This document shows positions 12,027 through 23,529 of a stretch of 38,078 nt of DNA, one piece after another. The notes under the pieces were generated by a model. It made no database searches. It saw only the letters and a list, made by a program, of their open reading frames with translations, and was not told where the DNA came from. The first letter of the stretch is position 1. Each line of letters begins with the position of its first letter. Both the position numbers and the translations under genes were made by a program. Location of the stretch: assembly GCA_943704425.1 (NCBI GenBank), contig CALSCP010002085.1, forward strand, positions 77,269 through 115,346. The letters are read 5' to 3'. Source of the stretch: Ministeria vibrans ATCC 50519. Its lineage: Eukaryota; Protista; Filasterea.

Positions 12027-12158
12027 AATGTGTTGTTGTGAGTTGTCATCCGCTGATGACGAACGCGGTAGGATTAACGGCACGGATGTACGTGAGATGG
12101 GGTTTGTCGGCTCGCTATTGGTTAGTTCCGTCGAGAGTAATGGTTCTTTATCGTCCAT
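10353..12158 (-). CDS. MATE family efflux transporter (eukaryotic SLC47-like); probable intron 11954-12091
   Basis: ELAAASMGSMLTNVTG, AMDTICAQANGA, LQRA, FLRLGFPG, WLAFE, ATASRIGNHLG, DGMQGVFGGILRGCGRQ, GLQGLWAG; about 12 TM segments. Confidence 0.93.
11973..12024. repeat. (AG)n microsatellite in the MATE intron
   Basis: Directly visible. Confidence 0.95.
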
Positions 12159-12253
12159 TGTGAGTCACAGAATAAATTGATTATTTGAATAGAAATTGGA
12201 AATCTTTCATTATTATTATTATTTGTATACAATATGAATAAATGAATAAAAAA

Positions 12254-13696
12254 TCAGAAAAGAAACACTTCGGAGTGAAAGTCAAAGCCGTGCTTGAAAG
12301 TAAGCTCGCTGACTTCGGAGACAAGGGTCGCAGGCCCACACGCCAGGCACTTGGTCTCGCGCGGGTCGACCGAGAAGGAGTCGTGTGCCTCTTGAAAGAT
12401 GCTCTCGAGATGCGGGCGGTGACGGTCAATCTGCGAGAGCCAGTGCGCCGAAATGGCCGTGGGTACACTACTAAAGGTCCAACCGTCCGTCTGCGTGCCG
12501 GCCATGGAGGGTGCCTCAATCTCGCCGTGCGTTGCATAGAGCGACAGAGTGAAGCGCACCGTGTTGCTCCCCAGTGGCCCGCCCATGCCATTCATGGCCT
12601 GCGACGTCTTAGCACCCATAAGACGCGCCACACGCTCAAAGGTCGGCGAAAACATAAGCAACATGCGCTCGTCACGACAGCACCACACAAGACGCACATG
12701 CTCAAAGGGCAATTGCTCACCCAACTCAATGCGATCCACAATATCCTCCAAAATCGAATGCAACGGCGTAATGCCAATGCCACCGGCCACCAACAGCAGC
12801 TGCTTATAGCCATCGTACGTCACGGTCCCATACGGACCATCAATGGCAATCTCCACAGGCGGCAGCATCTGCTTGCGCGCACCATCGCAACTGCGCGTAT
12901 CCTCGTCGTCGCCCGTGTCCGTCTCCACAAACGCCAGCGACCCCGCCGCAGGCATACCCCGCCCCTCCGCCCACGACGCCAGGTCCTCCGTGAACGTACC
13001 CCGCCCCATGCCTTTGATGTGAACCGTGCGGAGGTCCGACGAGGGCGACGAGCTTAGCGAGAAAGGATGCCATTCGCCCCAGCGCAACTCGGGAAACTAA
13101 AATAAAAAATAATAATAATAAGTAAATGAATAAAAAAGAGAAAGAGAGTGAGACATGACACACTCACGGACACATAAAGTTTGTCGGTTCTTACTTGGAC
13201 AAAAACATACTGACCGGGGGACCTGTGATGACACACGGAGCGGGGAAACTCGACGCGGGTGACGCCATGGGAGAACTCAACGCGCGCCAGAGTAACATTG
13301 CCAGCGGAAAGACGCAGGCGAGAGCAACGGTCAAACACCCAGAGAAGTAGACCGGGAAGAACATAAAACCAGATCGCCCAGGCATGAAGAAGGGCCGCAA
13401 AGAAGAAAAAGGCGGCCATGAGCTGGTGGGAGCGGTAGAAGAACTCGTAGTGGGTACGACGGAAGAAGATCGCAATGAGCAGGCCAAGCGTGAGGACGAG
13501 CCAGGCCATTTCGGCAAAGACGACCGTAAAGTTGTTGTAGTGCACGACATTCGGATCGATCTAGAGCAATAGTGTGTGTAGGATGTGTATGTGCGCGCGG
13601 AGAAGAAAATGTGAAATGAGCCACATAGGGACATGGAGTGATAGAGAGGGAGAAAAGAGAGAGAGAAAAAAAAAAGAAGAAAACAGAAAGTGATAG

Positions 13697-13781
<85 letters not shown>

Positions 13782-15494
13782 CAAATAAATGAGACAAACG
13801 GCAAAGTTACCTGAAGGTAATCAATGGAGACAACATTTCTCCATAATATCCCATCAATAGCCCATTTAATCCACCAAAGAAAGCCATGGAGGGTGACAAA
13901 GAGCCAGGCAAGCGCACCCAGCACACGGTGATAGCGCAGCGCACGTTCAAAAGGCATTCCAAACACACGCTAGAAAATTAACAATGTCATTCAATATAAT
14001 AAAAAATTAATGTTATTAATGTATTATTAATATAAAATACGTGACGCACACACACATATAAGCACACATGGAAAATACGATAGGAGTACATACCTCAAGA
14101 ACCGAATGATTATGGGCGACGGGGTAGAGCATGAGGCTGAGGCTGAGATTGGCCAGGTGGCCAATGACGCGTGTCCACACCTGCATCATGGGCTGCATGG
14201 CTAGCGGACCTGGCTCGTACGCATCCGTCATGATCCGCGTGTACTTCCATCGCCAGTACCACAGCCAGAAGCCGTAGAGGGCGACGGTGCTCGCGACGAC
14301 AATGAGCTCACCCACACTGGCGCCCAATGGGTAGCACAAGAGAGTGGTGCGCCACCACATACGCACGCGCTCCTGCCACTTGTACTGCTCTGCCGCACGC
14401 ACCAAACGCCCGCGAGTGGTGTTGGCGGAAGAGCGAGCGCGTGCACGCGACGACTCGGACGACTGTGGGTGCCATGAGTGCGGGATAATGCGGATGCGGT
14501 GTCGCAGAAAATGGTGGAGGGCCGGCACAAAACGCGCAAGGGTTGCAAGGAAGATGAGGCCGAGAATAAAGCCAAAGTAGACCACCGAGTCGAGGTACAC
14601 CTATGCCAGTAAGAGGATGAGATGATGAAACAAACAAAAAAAGAACAATACTTTGAAACGAAAGGTGCTGTTGACAGAGCCGTCAACGAGTGAAAAGGGC
14701 GACACAAGAGGGAAATAGAGCCACGAATCGTTGCTCCAGGTGGCCGGGAAACTGGCGTTGAAGATAAAAATGGCCGCAATAAAGCTCATGAGGGCCGCAT
14801 AGTTGAGTAGGTTGTTGAGGGGAGAGAAACCGGCGCGTGTCACCCGGCTCTTCTGGTTGAGATGCACACTTTCGTCGGGATACACTGTTGTAGGGTCGTC
14901 CAGCAGCGGCATCGACGCGGTGTCGACAAAGGTCTCGGGAATGGCGCGTGCCTGGCGAAAGGTGACGGTGTGGAGCAGGCCGGCGCACCCAAACGGCACG
15001 TAGAGAGCGACGAGAAGCGCGCCAAGGAATTCCGACAGGGGATTGTCGTGCGCCGCGCCCAAGCCAATACGCGACGTGTCCTGCGGCCGACACAGCACAG
15101 CCATGGCCCAGGCAGCCAGGGCAAGCAGGAGGCTGGAGAACAGGGCTGAGGACAGACGAGCGTATTGCCAATGTCGCGAAAAGTGCAGACACAATCCGAA
15201 AAAGTAGGGAAGCGCAAAAGCAGACACAAAATAGAGATACAGACCAAATATGTTTAAAGGCGACAGACAGCCCGTGTAGCCTTCGGCCTTGGCCACGGGG
15301 CTCCCGGTGCTAAAAAGCAAGCAGAAAGCATCCGTTTTGACTGTGAATCTGGCAGACACATCACATGATCAACATTACCATAACTTGGCAAACGAGTCAC
15401 CAATAAGCCCCAGTAGACTTCCAACAAGAAGAGCAGTTGAGAGGACGAGGCCACCCACGGCAATGGTGCTCTTCTGGACAACGCTGAGGCCCAT
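12254..15494 (-). CDS. Ferric reductase / NOX-like flavocytochrome (FRE family); exons 15494-15379, 15309-14652, 14600-14094, 13969-13811, 13560-13195, 13096-12254
   Basis: Two heme-binding His pairs (RYHRVLGALAWLFVTLHG; YRSHQLMAAFFFFAALLHA), PGQYVF, EWHPFS (FAD), DGPYG, VAGGIGITP (NADPH), ACGP and terminal HSEVF. Splice phases are consistent. Confidence 0.9.
13698..13778. repeat. (GT)n microsatellite in a ferric reductase intron
   Basis: Directly visible. Confidence 0.95.
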
Positions 15495-15711
15495 GGCGGA
15501 TCGAACGGGAATGGGGACTCAGTCGCTCCCTCAGCGTTGCAGCGATGGGCCGCTCGTTGAAGGTAGAGTAGGGTCTAGGCGGAGGGGAAGGGGGTGGGGT
15601 ATAGAAAACTATTGAGTGATCAGTGAGTATTGGCTTTGCTGATTGCTCAATAAATAGTTATTCTTCTATTTCAAATTCAATTTTGACTTTTACACTCTAT
15701 TACATTTTCCT

Positions 15712-18094
<2,383 letters not shown>

Positions 18095-18385
18095 AGGAAA
18101 ATGAAAACAAACAAGTCTACAAACTTTGATTATTATCATTTCGTCGAGGAACAAGACAGTATGAATATCGGCAATANNNNNNTCAGGTTGCGCCTCACTC
18201 AGACGAGTTGTGAAGGAAAATGAAAACAAACAAGTCTACAAACTTTGATTATTATCATTTCGTCGAGGAACAAGACAGTATGAATATCGGCAACATATTC
18301 AATGCCAATATTATTATATTATTAATCCCGCGTCGCATAATTAAGTCTGCTGCTAGACAGTACACATTAAATGCAGTGAATACTT

Positions 18386-21300
18386 TCACTTTCTGAGTCG
18401 AACTACAAAGGCCAAAGCCACAAGAGTGAGAGAACCGAATGTAATGAGGTGGGTGAGAGAGAGGTAGGGATGGTAGCGGTTTGGTGGGCGGGTTTGAAGT
18501 TGGGTGCATAGCGTGCGGGCCTTTAGCGTGTGCGGATGATTTGGTCCAAGAGTGTGCTGGAAGATGGAGAGCGCACGTTGACCGTATTGAAGGGCACGGG
18601 AAAAATTGGTTTGTTGCGTGAACAAAAGTGCCATGTTGAAGAGTGTTGCTCCTGTGGATGGGTGGTCGGGACCAACAGACTTCTCACGGATGGTCAGAGC
18701 ACGCTCAAGGCACTCAAGAGCACGACTGTAGTCTCCTTGTGCCTCAAACACACCCGCCATGTTGTTCAATGTGTCGCCTGTGGATGGGTGGTCGGGACCA
18801 ACAGACTTCTCTTTAATAGTCAGAGCACGCTCAAGGTACTCAAGAGCACGACTGTAGTCTCCTTGTGCCTCAAACACAACAGCCATGTTGTTCAATGTGC
18901 CGCCTGTGGATGGGTGGTCGGGACCAACAGACTTCTCAAGGATGGTCAGAGCACGCTCATAGTACTCAAGAGCACGACTGTAGTCTCCTTGTGCCTCAAA
19001 CACACCAGCCNNNNNNNNNNNNNNNNNNNNNNNNNNNNNNNNNNNNNNNNNNNNNNNNNNNNNNNNNNNNNNNNNNNNNNNNNNNNNNNNNNNNNNNNNN
19101 NNNNNNNNNNNNNNNNNNNNNNNNNNNNNNNNNNNNNNNNNNNNNNNNNNNNNNNNNNNNNNNNNNNNNNNNNNNNNNNNNNNNNNNNNNNNNNNNNNNN
19201 NNCGCACTTCGAGACAACCCGTACACTCCCAAAGTACTCCACGCATTACTCAAAAGGATCCCAAGCCACACAACACCACCCTCATACTCCTCAGTATCTC
19301 CCGCTCCCCTCCTCTCCTCTACCTCCCCCCTCGCCCAACCCAACACTCGCATCCCATGCACGCCCACCACACGACTCCATTCCATATCATCATACACCTT
19401 CTCCTTATCATCAATCTCTTCCTTCAACACTTTCCCAAGCCCCTGCAGCGCATCCCACCGCTCATCCTCATCTCCAAACGCCACCGCCCGACACACATCC
19501 TGCACCAACCGATGCATTCGCGACACATTCCGATTCACATTCACGATCGACAACTGTCGCAGTGCATCCAACGCAACATCAAACTCATCCTTCCCCACCA
19601 CCCCATCCTCCCTCGTCCTCCTCCCAGTCACCAACAGTCGCAACACCTCCTCCTCCATTCCATTCCCCTCCAGGAACCCCATCACCCCAACCATCTTCTC
19701 AACCATCACCCTCCCTCCAATCTCCACGGCCCGTCCAAAGCTCCGTCCATACGTCGCCAACACACGATCCTCCGTCTGAACGCCCCGCACCTTCTTCTTC
19801 AACGCATCCAATCGGTCCACCTCCATCCGTGCCAAATACTCCCCTGCCGTCACAAACGGCGTCAGGCTCAAGTACCCCGCAGCCAGCGACAGTGCCAGTG
19901 GCATTCCATCAAGTTCCACCACAATCTTCCTCAAATCCCCATCGTCGTCTTCTTCTCGGTATGTTGACAGCCGCTTCTTCATGTACGCCAGTCCCTCCTC
20001 TTCATCAAACAACTCCAGCGACAACGGTGCCACCCGACTCGTCTTGAACTCCTCACCAAGTTCATCCACACTCTGCAATCGTGTTGTCACAAGCACCTTC
20101 CCTCGCGTCCCTCCGCCACAACTCGGCATCATCTTCGCCATCTCTGGTGTGATCACATCACATCCGTCCAGCACCATCAACCATCCTTCCTCCTGCTCCA
20201 GCCACCTCTTCACCGCCTCCACCACTTCCTCGTCCTTTGCCGTCCGATGGTGCACTCCCTTGATCGAATACAGGTGCACCACTCGCCGATACGACGCGAC
20301 CATCGTCGCCTCGCTCGCTCCTTGCACCCACACCAAAAGATGGTACATATGCTCGTTCCGCTTCGCATACTCCGCCGCCAGCGTCGTCTTTCCCACTCCG
20401 CCCCCCGCAGTCACCGTCAGGTTCCCAATCGTTGCAGTGCCACTCTCTTGCAGACGTGTCTCCAACTCCTTCAGCTCCTTCTCGCGTCCCGTAAAACTCA
20501 TCGTGATGACGGGTACCATTCTTAGCTTGTTGAGACTCGTGTACTTGCTGTTGAATGCGAAGAACTCTCCCGTGTTGGACGTGACGCGCCATGGCATGCG
20601 GCTGAGCTCGCACGTCGCCGGGTTGCTGTAAAAGTGCTCGGGGTGCGTCTGAGCGAGTGTCGCCAGCTCGACATTCACACGCTCCACCACGCACCCGATC
20701 GACGCCCACCGCCCCGCTCCCTCTCGCCCCCGTGCAAACGCCCCTCCATCGCCAGGTGGACGGAGCCATGCTCGTTGCAACGCCGTGGACAGCGCGGTGC
20801 CGTGACGCTGGCAGAAGGCCGCTGGCTTGCAAGGCACACTCGCCAAGCACTGGTACGACTCGCGCTGGAACAGCCTCTGCATCTTCTCGCCCTCGACTTC
20901 GCCCTGCAAGTGAAGCAACGGCTCTGTTGCGCCGCCAAACGAGCCCCCTGCCTGGCACGTGTCCATCACCACGAGCGTGCTGTACCACCGTTGCAGCGCC
21001 TCGTCGACAGCCACGTCTTCGCGCACCTTGTCGATCGTGTACGCGCCCTCGTAGCACGCAGCGACCGCAGCCCCCGCCGAGTCCGTGTACGACGCTACGG
21101 TGCGTTGCACATCGCCCAGCGCGGCCCCAAACGACCCGTCGCTGGCGTTGGCGACGCCGTGTGCACAAACGTAAACGACCATTTGGTCGAGGCGCCCAGC
21201 AAGGTGTCCAGGGACCATTATCGCCAGTTCCTTTACGCAGACAGCAATGTGCTGCCTCGTAGCCGCCCCCCGGCACCACTGCAGCCGGCGAGCCCGCACG

Positions 21301-21554
21301 GCGTCGTCGGCAATGGCGCTGTATTGTTTTTCCAGCGTCGCGTCGAAAGCGGGCTGCGACAGCGCCATGGGCGTGTCTGCAAGCACGACGACGTTGAAGC
21401 CGTTGCGCACAAGGTCGACGGCAACGTTGCGGACGGTCGGTGCGACGCCTGCGAGTGTGTCGAGCTCAAGAGTGTTTTTGTCAAACACACTTCGACCGAC
21501 CACAAGGGCGTATTTGTGGAAGCGCGTCTCGGCAAAATCGCTGGATGTTGACAT
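18386..21554 (-). CDS. NLR-like STAND protein: peptidase C14 (caspase-like) + NB-ARC + 42-aa TPR repeats + C-terminal hydrophobic tail; no introns visible, interrupted by gap 19011-19202
   Basis: KYALVVG, VVYVCAHG (His), VVMDTCQAG (Cys); FTGREKEL, GGVGKTTLAAEY (Walker A), WLMVLDG (Walker B), VLVTTR, LDGMPLAL, MHRLVQ; TPR units AGVFEAQGDYSRALEYYERALTILEKSVGPDHPSTGGTLNNM. First ATG at 21554. The frame change across the gap is attributed to the estimated N length. Confidence 0.88.
18633..19010 (-). repeat. 126-bp coding tandem repeat (TPR): at least 3 near-identical units plus a degenerate terminal unit; more units likely hidden in the adjacent N gap
   Basis: Plus-strand blocks cctgtggatgggtggtcgggaccaacagacttctc and gagcacgactgtagtctccttgtgcctcaaacac recur at a 126-bp period. 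Confidence 0.93.
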
Positions 21555-21720
21555 CGTTGAGTCACTAGCGTTCAGCAAATTGGCAAAATAAGAAAGATAG
21601 AGAGCTGGTCTAAAAAAATCAAAATGATTGTACTAAAAAAGTCGATTGACCAAACAATAAGTCACACACTCACGTCTCACTGTCAGCTCACAGTAAATTA
21701 AATCATAGTGAGAATTTGGC

Positions 21721-22146
21721 ATGTCCATCACTCGATCTGTGATCGCCACGTCGTGCGCCTTCCTCGTCGCCTCCTTTGCCATTTCGCTGGTGCAAATGGC
21801 GTCGCACCAGATGCATCCGGAAATCGCGGACCTTTTCGCCGATCCTATTGATGAAGCGAAGATTGCGGCGTTTGAGTTCCCCCTGTCGGCTCTACTTATG
21901 GTTGCTCTGTCGTATGCGGTGGGCTCGACGGCTGGCGGACTCGTTGTGGGTCGTTTCTCGGCGCATCCGCGCTTCTGCGCCTTCACCGTTGGCGCACTGT
22001 TCTCTGTCGCCAACGTGCTCAACATCATGATGATCCCGCATCCCCCCTGGTTCATTGCCCTCACCTTCATGCTGTTCCTGCCCCTTGTCGTCCCCGTTGC
22101 CCTTTGGGCTGTCCCAAACAGCGACACCCGTACAAAGAATGACTGA
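21721..22146 (+). CDS. Small intronless membrane protein (141 aa, about 4 TM) resembling a bacterial hypothetical membrane family
   Basis: Clean ATG-to-stop ORF with GC-rich codon usage between AT-rich flanks; four hydrophobic segments; motifs YAVGSTAGG and NIMMIPHPPWF. Confidence 0.8.
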   Translation: MSITRSVIATSCAFLVASFAISLVQMASHQMHPEIADLFADPIDEAKIAAFEFPLSALLMVALSYAVGSTAGGLVVGRFSAHPRFCAFTVGALFSVANVLNIMMIPHPPWFIALTFMLFLPLVVPVALWAVPNSDTRTKND

Positions 22147-22728
22147 AAGCCCCACAGTGTACGCAACTCTATACGACTCGAGTCTGTTAGACTACTACAC
22201 CAAAGACCACACACTTAGTACACTGTACATTAATGCTCAATGACTTTTTTGTAAGATGTGATAAGAGTTGTTTTCATTTTATGTGTCTTTGAATGTGTCG
22301 TGATGTGACTCACAGTCTCACTCCAAACACCCCTGTCTCACGTCTGGCGTTCAACGAGTCGCTTAAATCAATTCCATTGCAATTCTTCACTTGTGATCCG
22401 TTCTAGAGGCTTAACATTCATAATACATAACTATATTAGCGACGGGAGTTGATAGTTTTGCTTTGTCAACCCTTTTTCGTCCGAACACATTCCCCCGCCT
22501 CAATTGACCTCATTACTCTGCGGGAGTCGACTTAGTATCCTCCAACACCCCCACTGGTGACCAATTGGTGATTTTTAGAGGGTTCATTACAAATCAACGA
22601 AAAGCGACGTCGCAATAATAAAAAAGCTCGACACACACAAAAAAAAAAAAGTAGAAAAAAAAGTCTAAAGATCGAAAAAAGCAGCACTTTTATTCATCTA
22701 CGCCACTGCATAAACGCAACCAAGCACC

Positions 22729-23529
22729 ATGTCAAGCCCTGTCCCCAACATCCTCGCTGATATCCTCGGCGACGACACCGGTTTTGATTTTTTTCAAGAC
22801 GCCTCGAAAGTGGCGCTTTCGACGCCTGCGCCGATGGCAGGCGCCGACCCGTCGTCTCTTTTCAACGACTGGCTGGAGAGCGACCCCATGCAGCCTCGTG
22901 CGGAGGCGGCATCGCCCAGCGTGAGCGACGTTGGCAGTCTGGTCGAGTCCCACGTGTCCGCCGAGAAAGAGCCAGCGTCGCGTTCGAGCCGCAAGAGGGC
23001 CAGTGCGACCCCGGCACGCGCTCGCATCAACAAGGACGGTCAGTCGGCCGCGCAACTCGCGAAACTCAACCGCGAGCGTCAGAAGAAGAAACAGGCGGAC
23101 CTCGAGTCGCGCGTCGAGCGCCTTGCCCAGCGTAACGAGGAACTCGAGCAGCAGATGACACAGAAGATGCAACAGATGGAGGCCATCCAGCGCGAGGTGC
23201 AGTATTTGCGCGGAACGCTCGCCAACGCCCCACAACTCGCCAGCGTCCTCACCTCCCTCGCTGCCTCCCCCATCCCTCTTCGCTTCGTCACCAACACCCC
23301 CGAAGGTGCAGCTGCCTTTCCCCAACACTCGGCAGCCGCAGCCGCCGCCACAACAACAACAACAACAGCAGGAGGAACGCGCAAGCGAAAGCGCACTGAT
23401 GAAGATGAAACGGTCGACCAAATGCAGAATAAGCAAACTTCGATGACGGGCGGAATCTGCCTGCATCTCTCCGGCAATACGATCGGACTTGCTTTCTGCG
23501 AACACTGCAGCCACGTGGGCACGATGTGA
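22729..23529 (+). CDS. CREBZF: bZIP transcription factor of the CREBZF/Zhangfei type; possible alternative 3' exon 23629-23728
   Basis: AKLNRERQKK..LESRVERLAQRNEEL..EVQYLRGTLAN leucine zipper and C-terminal GGICLHLSGNTIGLAFCEHC, which parallels the CREBZF C-terminus GGVCLHV..VEFCSAC as I recall it. Confidence 0.75.
   Translation: MSSPVPNILADILGDDTGFDFFQDASKVALSTPAPMAGADPSSLFNDWLESDPMQPRAEAASPSVSDVGSLVESHVSAEKEPASRSSRKRASATPARARINKDGQSAAQLAKLNRERQKKKQADLESRVERLAQRNEELEQQMTQKMQQMEAIQREVQYLRGTLANAPQLASVLTSLAASPIPLRFVTNTPEGAAAFPQHSAAAAAATTTTTTAGGTRKRKRTDEDETVDQMQNKQTSMTGGICLHLSGNTIGLAFCEHCSHVGTM

Noticed and set aside
7848-15494. NTT-MATE-ferric reductase as a functional transport or iron cluster
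   Set aside because: No shared pathway or regulatory evidence; adjacency is expected in a gene-dense genome.
19011-19202. Apparent frameshift or pseudogenisation of the NLR-like gene
   Set aside because: The frame change coincides with an N gap of estimated length at a tandem repeat; both flanks are open.
18530-21551. Long antisense ORFs over the NLR gene (505, 305, 216 aa) and similar shadow ORFs over other genes
   Set aside because: Low-complexity products expected from GC-rich codon bias on the opposite strand; no motifs.
22550-22615. Short palindromes (accaattggt, gcgacgtcgc) upstream of the bZIP gene as CCAAT/CRE-like sites
   Set aside because: 10-bp palindromes arise by chance and the second is not a canonical TGACGTCA; no support without conservation data.
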